Origin: Treponemataceae bacterium
GTDB taxonomy: Bacteria; Spirochaetota; Spirochaetia; Treponematales; Rectinemataceae
Length of the DNA stretch: 64,000 bases
Direction of reading: 5' to 3'
Assembly (NCBI GenBank): GCA_963677895.2
Contig: CAXXGJ010000006.1
Location: 96,001 to 160,000, forward strand
The translations under genes and the position numbers were made by a program. Position 1 is the first letter of the stretch. Every line of letters begins with the position of its first letter. Shown one piece after another: positions 56,760 to 64,000 of this stretch. A model generated the notes under the pieces. That model did not search any database. It saw only the letters and a list, made by a program, of their open reading frames with translations, and was not told the origin of the DNA.

Positions 56760-57743
56760 TTATTTCAACAGTCCCATTTTCTTGAAGATTTGGACATAGC
56801 CGTTGTACTCGTCGTCCCATATCTTCCTGAACTCATCGGCCTTGGCGTAGCCGGGGCGGATATTCGTCATTTCCTTCTCTTCCATATCTTTGTAACCCTG
56901 GGTCTCGTAGGCTTTCTGCATGGCGTCGATGAGGATTTGCTTGATCTCGGGGGGCGTGCCTTTCTTCACGCAGAAACCGCGCCAGGATCCTTGCGTGAAG
57001 TTGATGCCGAGTTCGACGGTGCAGGGCGTATCCTTCAGAGAGGGAACCTGCGTCAGGCGGATGTCGTTCAGAACGACAAGGGGCCTGATATCGCCGGAGT
57101 CGACGATGGGGAGGAAAGAGATGAGCTTGTCCTGGTAGACATCGAGCTCGCCGCCGAGCACGGCTGCCTTGATCTCGGATCCGGACTTGTATGGAACATA
57201 GATCCAGTCAATTCCCGCGGCGTCGGCCAGGCCGTTCGCGATGTAGTCGTCAAGTCCGCCCGGCGACAAGCCGCCGATCTTGAGCTTCTTGCCGGGATTG
57301 GCCTTGGCGTAGTCGACAAGTTCCTTGAAGCTCTTGAACTTCGAGTTCTTCGCGACGCCGATGCACTGAAGATCGGATTGGACGCGCAGAAGCGGCTCAA
57401 AGTTTTCGCGGAACTTTATCGGGCTCTTTTTGAGAGCCTCAATGATCAGCAGGGAGGGCGTGATTTCAAGGATTGTGTAACCATCCGCGCTCTGGTTGTA
57501 GGCGTAGGTCATGCCTTCGATGGTACCGGCCGCGCCCTTGTTGATCGAGTTGATGGGTTTCCCCAGGAATTTTTCGGTCAGCTGGCTGTACTGGCGCGCG
57601 AAGATATCGCTAGCGCCGCCCGCGCCGAAGGGAATCACCATTTCGATGGGCCTTTTCGGAAAATCGACTTTCTTCGCCTGGGCACCGATGCCCATCGCCA
57701 CGGCGATGAGAACCATGATCGCAATCGCTGTTCGTTTCATCAC
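56760..57743 (-). CDS. tctC: Tripartite tricarboxylate transporter binding protein
   Basis: PFGAGGASD, DGYT, VPYKSGSE. Confidence 0.92.
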   Translation of the reverse strand: MMKRTAIAIMVLIAVAMGIGAQAKKVDFPKRPIEMVIPFGAGGASDIFARQYSQLTEKFLGKPINSINKGAAGTIEGMTYAYNQSADGYTILEITPSLLIIEALKKSPIKFRENFEPLLRVQSDLQCIGVAKNSKFKSFKELVDYAKANPGKKLKIGGLSPGGLDDYIANGLADAAGIDWIYVPYKSGSEIKAAVLGGELDVYQDKLISFLPIVDSGDIRPLVVLNDIRLTQVPSLKDTPCTVELGINFTQGSWRGFCVKKGTPPEIKQILIDAMQKAYETQGYKDMEEKEMTNIRPGYAKADEFRKIWDDEYNGYVQIFKKMGLLK

Positions 57744-57755
57744 TTTCCTCCTGTA

Positions 57756-58895
57756 TTACCTATAAAATGCGGTCCCACTCATGATAAGCCTGGCCGTCCG
57801 GAATCCATAAGCCCAAGGAATCGTCAGGGAACCATCTTCCCCGCGTTCCTTATCCACGCCCGCCTGAATGATGCCGCCGGGATGACCGATGCGAATGTTC
57901 CGGGGATCGAAGCCGGGCCTGGCTGCCCCCCACACCACCGATCCCTCGATCACCGCCGCCGCCGCCGTGCAGACAGCCCCGGTGAGCGCGTAGCTCTTGT
58001 GGGTCTTCTGCATCGACATCATTCGCCCGAGGAAGTCAATCTCGTCGGCGCGAACGAGCTCCCCGCTCGACGTCCTGTAATCCTTGGCCCTGGCGACAAT
58101 AGTCATCTTGGGCACCGCGGGGGAGAGAGCCGCGGCGGTCCTGGGATCCTTCACAAAACCCAGCCTGTAGGCCGCCATCCCCCGGATATTCTCAAGCAAG
58201 GCCAGGGATTCGGGGTTCCCGTCGATATCCTCGGGGAGCTCGCTGCCCGAGAAGCCGATGTCGATAGCCCTGACGAAGACGAGCGGATTCGCGGCGTCGA
58301 CAATCGATACTTCCAGCTTTCCAATACCTTCCACCTCGAGGAAATCCGAAACGTTCCCGGTCGGAAGAAGGGCACCTGTCACCGATCCGGCCGGATTCCT
58401 GAACGCGAGCTTGATCATGGCGGATGTGCCAGGGACGCCCGAAATGGCGAAGTCCCCGTCATAAGCTACTTTCCCGCCAGGCGTCGCGACATGGGAGTAG
58501 ATCACTTTCTTCGTATTTGTATTGTAGATGCGGACTACCGTTTCGGGGTCAGAAAGGGAAGCCAGGCCCATTTCAAGCGCGTAGGGCCCCACAGCGGACG
58601 AGATGTTGCCGCAGTTGCCTTTGTAATCCACGAAGGGCCTGTCGATCGAAACCTGGGCGAAGGTGTAGTTCACGTCAGCCTCGATCCCGTCGGCCTTGGA
58701 GATGATAGCCACCTTGCTCGTGGTGGATACGGCGCCGCCCAACCCATCGATCTGCCTCAGATCGGGGCTCCCCATCAACTTCAGCAGCAATTGGTCTCGG
58801 GCGGCGCCGGAGGGAGGAATATCTTCCTCGCGCAGGAAGACACCCTTGCTTGTCCCGCCCCTGAATATCGTGCATGGAATCGAATGCAGCATCAT
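57756..58895 (-). CDS. prpF: PrpF-family (methyl)aconitate isomerase
   Basis: RGGTSKG, QIDGLGG, TSKVAI, GNCGNI, HPGG, RTARLIMSG. Confidence 0.9.
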   Translation of the reverse strand: MMLHSIPCTIFRGGTSKGVFLREEDIPPSGAARDQLLLKLMGSPDLRQIDGLGGAVSTTSKVAIISKADGIEADVNYTFAQVSIDRPFVDYKGNCGNISSAVGPYALEMGLASLSDPETVVRIYNTNTKKVIYSHVATPGGKVAYDGDFAISGVPGTSAMIKLAFRNPAGSVTGALLPTGNVSDFLEVEGIGKLEVSIVDAANPLVFVRAIDIGFSGSELPEDIDGNPESLALLENIRGMAAYRLGFVKDPRTAAALSPAVPKMTIVARAKDYRTSSGELVRADEIDFLGRMMSMQKTHKSYALTGAVCTAAAAVIEGSVVWGAARPGFDPRNIRIGHPGGIIQAGVDKERGEDGSLTIPWAYGFRTARLIMSGTAFYR

Positions 58896-60838
58896 GCCTC
58901 CCGTTTTTTCGCGTTCAAGCCAGCGGCGTAATTGAGGGCACCGCCCGCCAGCACTATGGCCCTCTGCCGAGCCGTAAGCGCGCATTCGGCGTATATCACT
59001 TTCCCCGACCGCTCATTTCTCACGGCTATTCTTTCATTCTCTATTTGTGAATGTACGTTTTCGATCAGGAGTTCGTCGCCAGCCTCGAACCCTTCCCAGT
59101 CGGCCTGATCTCCGAACGTGAGCATGAGGATGCCGAAGTTGACGAGATTGGCCGCGTGAATTCGTTCGACGCTCTTGGCGAGAAGAAGCCGGACACCGAG
59201 GTACATTGGACAAAGCGCCGCATGCTCCCGCGAGGAGCCCTGGCCGTAGCTCTGCCCGGCCACGATCGCCGAAGCGAAACCCGCGCTGGCGTTCGCCTTG
59301 CAGAGTTCGGCGAAACGCGGTTCCACGTCGCGGAAAGCGAACTGGGCATACTTCGGAACGTTGGAGCGATACTTCAATAGGGAACCTGCCGGCATGATGT
59401 GGTCGGTCGTGATCTTATCGCCGACCTTGACCGCGACTTTGCAGCGCAGGGTTCCGGGCATCGGCGTATTCGCCGGGGGCGGGCCGATATTGGGTCCGCG
59501 GAAGACCTCCGTCGAAGGCGAGAGGCTGGGAAGGATAACCATTCCGTCGTCCGCAGGGTAGTTTTCCGGAACGCTGTAGGCCGGAAAAGGGATCCCGAGG
59601 TCGCGAGGATCGGTGATCCGGCCAGTAATGGCCGAGGCCACGGCGGTTTCAGGGCTCGCCAGGAAGACCGAGGCATCGAGCGTCCCGCTTCTCCCCAAGA
59701 AATTCCGGTTGCTCGTCCGCACCGAGACGGAACCCGTTCGCGGGGCCTGACCGCAGCCTACGCAGAAACCGCAGGCTACCTCGAGGATGCGCGCGCCAGC
59801 CGCGACGATATCGCCCAAAAAACCATCGCGAGCCGCCATCGCGAGGACCTGTCGCGAACCCGGCGCCACGCCAAAACTCACGTTGGGATGAATCTTCCTG
59901 CCGCGCAGCATGCCGGCGACTACCGCGAGGTCGCGGTACGAGGAATTGGTGCAGCTGCCGACAAGGACCTGGTCAACGGCCAGGCCGGCGACTTCGCGAA
60001 CGGTCTTCACATTGTCCGGGGAATGAGGGCAGGCAATCATCGGGTCGATGGATCCGAGATCCAGCTCGATTGTTCGGTCGTAGTTCGCGTCCGGGTCGGG
60101 AGCCAGCGCCAGCCAATCGGCCTCACGTCCCTGAGCCTGAAAAAACGCGTGCGTCGTCCCGTCGCTCGGAAAGATAGAAGTGGTAACGCCGAGTTCGGTG
60201 CCCATATTGGCGATAGTGGCGCGTTCCGGGACGTTTAAGCTGTCGAGGCCGGGCCCCGAGTATTCGAGCGCTGTCCCCACGTTGCCTTTTGTCGTCAGCA
60301 TCCGAAGAATATGAAGGATGACATCCTTCGCCGAACTCCATTCGGGAAGCTTCCCTCTCAATTCTATTCTCACAATCTTGGGATATCTGAAAAAATATGG
60401 CCCACCCGCCATGGCAGTCGCGACATCCAAGCCCCCGACGCCCATCGCCAGCATGCCGACAGCCCCGCAGGTGGGAGTATGGCTGTCGGATCCCACAAGC
60501 GTGAGCCCCGGTCTGCTGAAGCGCTCCAAGTGAACCTGGTGGCAGATGCCGTTTCCGGCTTTTGAGTATTTTATGCCATATCGGTCGGCCACGGTCTGCA
60601 GATAGCGGTGATCGTCCGCGTTCTCGTAGCCGTCCTGAAGGGTGTTGTGGTCAACGTAAGAGATCGAATCCGTCACGACCCGCTCTATGCCCATCGCTTC
60701 GAACTGGAGGTATGCCATCGTTCCCAGCGCGTCCTGAGTGAGTGTCTGATCGATTCTGATGCCAATTTCCTCGCCCGCTTCCATGATCCCGGATTCAAGA
60801 TGTGATGCGACGAGCTTCTCTAAAAGGTTCTTTCCCAT
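58892..60838 (-). CDS. Aconitate hydratase (single-chain, ~650 aa type)
   Basis: QDALGT, DHN, GICHQ, DSHT, GSCTN, CGFCVG, TTDHI, GSSREH. Confidence 0.93.
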   Translation of the reverse strand: MGKNLLEKLVASHLESGIMEAGEEIGIRIDQTLTQDALGTMAYLQFEAMGIERVVTDSISYVDHNTLQDGYENADDHRYLQTVADRYGIKYSKAGNGICHQVHLERFSRPGLTLVGSDSHTPTCGAVGMLAMGVGGLDVATAMAGGPYFFRYPKIVRIELRGKLPEWSSAKDVILHILRMLTTKGNVGTALEYSGPGLDSLNVPERATIANMGTELGVTTSIFPSDGTTHAFFQAQGREADWLALAPDPDANYDRTIELDLGSIDPMIACPHSPDNVKTVREVAGLAVDQVLVGSCTNSSYRDLAVVAGMLRGRKIHPNVSFGVAPGSRQVLAMAARDGFLGDIVAAGARILEVACGFCVGCGQAPRTGSVSVRTSNRNFLGRSGTLDASVFLASPETAVASAITGRITDPRDLGIPFPAYSVPENYPADDGMVILPSLSPSTEVFRGPNIGPPPANTPMPGTLRCKVAVKVGDKITTDHIMPAGSLLKYRSNVPKYAQFAFRDVEPRFAELCKANASAGFASAIVAGQSYGQGSSREHAALCPMYLGVRLLLAKSVERIHAANLVNFGILMLTFGDQADWEGFEAGDELLIENVHSQIENERIAVRNERSGKVIYAECALTARQRAIVLAGGALNYAAGLNAKKREA

Positions 60839-60929
60839 AACTGCGCAAATCTTCCTTTGTTTGGTGTATCCCAGTAGAAAAAATCCTAACATTGCTTTTC
60901 CGATAAGAATAATATTTTAATTTTATCTT

Positions 60930-60954
60930 TTATGATAAAATAATTTTATCATAA
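60930..60954. promoter_or_regulatory. LysR operator
   Basis: Perfect inverted repeat TTATGATAAAA-TAA-TTTTATCATAA containing ATAA-N7-TTAT. Confidence 0.7.
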
Positions 60955-61026
60955 CAAATAAAGGCCAGCTTTTCCTGCTCGCGCCAGGGAACAGTCAGCC
61001 ACCATCACCCGTCCGAAGGAGAAACT

Positions 61027-61941
61027 ATGAACGACCGAGACTGGGTTTTGCTCACGACGATAGCCAAGGAACGCAATGTTACGCGAGCCGCTGAACGTCT
61101 TTACCTATCGCAGCCCGCCCTCACCTACAGGATCAGGCTTCTGGAAGCCGAATTCGGCGCCAAACTCCTCATACGCACACCCAGCGGAGTCATCCCCACA
61201 CCCCAGGGCGAGTTTCTTGTGGAATACGCGAACGAGATGCTCCTCCGGCTCACCCGAACGAAAGAACGCCTCGCCAGTTTCGAAGATCAGGTAAAAGGCC
61301 CACTGCGCATCGGGAGTTCGGCGATTTTCGCCTATTACGAGCTTCCCCAGCTCCTGAAGGTTTTTTTGGAGCTATTCCCGGAAGTGGAGATATTCCTTAA
61401 GACCGGCAGAAGCAACCAGGTGGTCCGGATGCTCGAGCAGGAGGAAGTCGCGGTCGCGATTGTTCGAGGGAATCATGAGTGGAAATACGATATGCATCTG
61501 CTGTGCGAGGAACCTATATGCCTTGTCTCCAGCAGGTCCATGGAGATAAGCGAACTCCCCGACAAGCCGCGCATCATCTATGGGACCGATACCTCCCTGC
61601 AAGGCATGGTCGAAGAATGGTGGCGAGCCACTTTCTCCCGCCCCTCGCACGACAGCATGGCCGTCGATGCCATGGACACCTGCCGCAGAATGGTACTTCA
61701 GGGGCTCGGCTGGGCTATCCTGCCCTCGATCGGTCTGCGCGAGCTCGACGAACTCCATACCCAACCCCTTTTCTGGCCGGACGGCAAACCGCTTACCAGA
61801 AAGACATGGCTATGCTGCGCTCCCTACGCCACGGAACTGCCCGCCCTGCGTCAATTCGTAGCCTTCGTGATAGGCGAATTCGCAGCGCGCGTGCCGTATG
61901 GCATCCCGAAAAGCAAGGCTGGTTCAAACATTTCCATATGA
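61027..61941 (+). CDS. LysR-family regulator (CcpC-like)
   Basis: TRAAERLYLSQPALT HTH; divergent from aconitase. Confidence 0.93.
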   Translation: MNDRDWVLLTTIAKERNVTRAAERLYLSQPALTYRIRLLEAEFGAKLLIRTPSGVIPTPQGEFLVEYANEMLLRLTRTKERLASFEDQVKGPLRIGSSAIFAYYELPQLLKVFLELFPEVEIFLKTGRSNQVVRMLEQEEVAVAIVRGNHEWKYDMHLLCEEPICLVSSRSMEISELPDKPRIIYGTDTSLQGMVEEWWRATFSRPSHDSMAVDAMDTCRRMVLQGLGWAILPSIGLRELDELHTQPLFWPDGKPLTRKTWLCCAPYATELPALRQFVAFVIGEFAARVPYGIPKSKAGSNISI

Positions 61942-61954
61942 TCGTCGCCGCGGG

Positions 61955-63127
61955 TTATTCCAGCGCCACTCTATCCTTCGCCAGCGCCGAGGGATCGGCG
62001 AAGAAGGCGCCCACGCCCTTCTCCGTCAATTCCGCGTAGGAAGGCAGCCCGTCGATGGCGATCGGTTTCTCGGGATACATCATGCCCCAAACCTCGAGCA
62101 CTTTCTCGATGGTCGTAACATGTCTTCCGACTCGCACCTCGATGGGCCAGCCCTTTTCGTCGATCGGCCAGTAGAGGAGGCCGGCCTTCCCGGCCTTGAG
62201 GACGAAGTCGTCCTGGCCCGTGAGGAGGAGTTTTTCGTTCGTCGCCCCTCGGACGCGGTCGAGGAAGGGTTCGGGGGATTCGAAGAGGAGGGCGGTCGCG
62301 TCGGAAAAATCGCCAATCTCGCGGTGCGTGAGCCCGTGGAGGGATCTCGGCGACACCTCCATCCCGATCCTGAACTCGCTCGCGGAAAGCTCCATCGAAG
62401 CCATCGCCGCGATTTCCTGCGCCTTCTGGTGGGCCACAATGGTGCCGATGACGGGGTATTCGAGCTCGGCCTCGTGGAGGTCGATGACGAGATCCACCTT
62501 TTCCTTCCGTATCATCTCCATGAAGGCGAAAGCCGTCCGCTCGCAGATGAGGCCGTCAGGCCTGCCCGGCCAGGTCCTGTTGATGTTGCGGATATCCATA
62601 TAGGCCAGCATCTGGCCGCTGGGGAAATGCACATAGGTCTCGGGGTCGGGCCAGGAATCCAGGGGATTGGCCGAACGGTCGCCCATGCGGTATTTTTTCT
62701 GCCCCCAATCCGTCTTGATAGAATAGAACTGCGGATAGGCTTCGCCCGGCCTCGTGACCGTGGAAGCGCTGCGGTTCGTGTGGATGGCGACCATGAGCCT
62801 GCCGCTTGTGGGTCTGGCGTTCTCCACCAGGAGTTCGGCGGCGAGGGTGGTGGCCGGTTCCTCGGGGTGGGTTCCCCCGAGCACGAGGATCGTCGAGCCG
62901 GGTACACCCGAGTCGAGGACGTAGACGTTGCAGTCGTTCGTCGAGCCCGCGAGCGGGGCGAACCATTCGTGGAGCGATCGCGTCGAGGTGACGCCCGGGC
63001 CCAGGACCACGGTCTCTTTCCAGTTCCGATGGTCGTAGAAAGCCTTGCCCGCGAAAGCCATCACCCCAAGCCAGAGGACCAGCGCCAGAACCTTCAGTAT
63101 CGTCGCGTTTTTTGCTTCAATTTTCAT
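61955..63127 (-). CDS. Membrane-anchored succinylglutamate desuccinylase/aspartoacylase-family deacylase
   Basis: GGTHPEE, NINRTWPG, DLHEA; N-terminal TM. Confidence 0.85.
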   Translation of the reverse strand: MKIEAKNATILKVLALVLWLGVMAFAGKAFYDHRNWKETVVLGPGVTSTRSLHEWFAPLAGSTNDCNVYVLDSGVPGSTILVLGGTHPEEPATTLAAELLVENARPTSGRLMVAIHTNRSASTVTRPGEAYPQFYSIKTDWGQKKYRMGDRSANPLDSWPDPETYVHFPSGQMLAYMDIRNINRTWPGRPDGLICERTAFAFMEMIRKEKVDLVIDLHEAELEYPVIGTIVAHQKAQEIAAMASMELSASEFRIGMEVSPRSLHGLTHREIGDFSDATALLFESPEPFLDRVRGATNEKLLLTGQDDFVLKAGKAGLLYWPIDEKGWPIEVRVGRHVTTIEKVLEVWGMMYPEKPIAIDGLPSYAELTEKGVGAFFADPSALAKDRVALE

Positions 63128-63145
63128 GGTATTCCCTCCCCGCCG

Positions 63146-63301
63146 TCATTTGAGCCTGATGAGCCGCATGACGAAGGGCATCAGCACGACCAGGTAAAGG
63201 AGCGCTTTCTGCAGGTTCTTTGTCTTGACGAAATTCCACGCGAGGCAGACCGCGAAAAAGGCCGTCATCGCGTAGTACAGGATCATCACCGCATCGTTCA
63301 T
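63146..63301 (-). CDS. 51-aa two-TM membrane protein
   Basis: Below the ORF-track cutoff; GGAGG RBS; MNDAVMILYYAMTAFFAVCLAWNFVKTKNLQKALLYLVVLMPFVMRLIRLK. Confidence 0.75.
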   Translation of the reverse strand: MNDAVMILYYAMTAFFAVCLAWNFVKTKNLQKALLYLVVLMPFVMRLIRLK

Positions 63302-63313
63302 GGCATTCCCTCC

Positions 63314-64000
63314 TCAACCCAAGACCGTGAGGAACTTGAGCTGGTTGCTGAAAATGACGACCAAGGTGGAAAGCGCCATTATGAAAAGCACGGGGACGAT
63401 CGTCGCCTTGACGAAACCGCGGTAGTACGGCCCCTCGTAAGAAGTGACCATCACCGCCGCGCGGCCCACGACCAGGGTGGGCGGAAGCATGTCGCCTATC
63501 GGCCACATCACCGCCATCGCGGAGAGGGCGACAACGGGATTGATACCCTTCATGTTGAAAAGGAGGATGAGGGGGACGCCCAGAAGTGGCGCCGCTGCGT
63601 ACTGCACCAGCCCCTCGGAGAAGGGCAGGATGAGGAAAAGGGCCGCTATGATGACGACGAGGGGAAGCGTGACGACGCTGAGCGAGATAAGCCCCCTGAC
63701 GCCGCTCAGGCTCATCACCTGCACCAGGATTCCGACCACGATCATCATGCCTATCAGCGGCAAAAGCTTCTCCACCGTATCCCGCGCTATCTGGAAGACC
63801 GCGAGCTTTTTCGTGCTCGTGGCCACGGCGACGGCGCCGGAAATCATGAAACAGAGAGGAAGCCCCAGGATCGGGAACGAATAGGGGAATATTCTCGATA
63901 GCGCGATGAGGACGATGAGGACGGCGAAGGGCAGCCCCACCCTCCATCCCCGCATCTTCGCGTCGATCCTGATTTCGGCGAGAACCTTTTCGGCGTCGAT
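63314..64000 (-). CDS. DctM/IT-superfamily-like transporter, 5' end outside the window
   Basis: Open hydrophobic frame to the window edge, GDMLPPT motif. Confidence 0.7.
   Translation of the reverse strand: MDAEKVLAEIRIDAKMRGWRVGLPFAVLIVLIALSRIFPYSFPILGLPLCFMISGAVAVATSTKKLAVFQIARDTVEKLLPLIGMMIVVGILVQVMSLSGVRGLISLSVVTLPLVVIIAALFLILPFSEGLVQYAAAPLLGVPLILLFNMKGINPVVALSAMAVMWPIGDMLPPTLVVGRAAVMVTSYEGPYYRGFVKATIVPVLFIMALSTLVVIFSNQLKFLTVLG

Overview
A bacterial chromosomal window, mostly GC-rich; gene content suggests an anaerobic spirochaete (inference). From left to right: (1) an AT-richer block (1-~7620) with a sigma54-driven operon for an exported nucleoside hydrolase and a ribose-type ABC importer, followed by ribokinase and an NtrC-type activator; (2) an HI0933 flavoprotein; (3) a SorC/DeoR-regulated operon with an ABC importer, MtnK, a class II aldolase and a divergent MtnA (DHAP-shunt type 5-deoxy/methylthio-ribose catabolism), directly downstream of EamA plus aldehyde:ferredoxin oxidoreductase; (4) an orphan higA beside an 11-codon higB relic; (5) an ECF sigma / zinc-finger-CBM48 anti-sigma module flanked by two exported proteins; (6) a DEAD-box helicase; (7) a Wzy-type surface polysaccharide cluster with apparent Wzx-GT4 and Wzy-Wzz fusions and two frameshifted outer-membrane-type genes; (8) an RpiR-M55-Opp-M42-M19 peptide utilisation locus with a convergent creatininase-family gene; (9) lapA-like, tex, a response regulator and a macrodomain gene; (10) tRNA-Gly(CCC) carrying a decayed ~3.1 kb integrated element bounded by a 40-bp direct repeat; (11) a LysR-aconitase-PrpF-TctCBA cluster; (12) a deacylase, small membrane protein and partial transporter. 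No CRISPR array or rRNA was seen. All product calls come from motif recognition by eye; no database searches were run.
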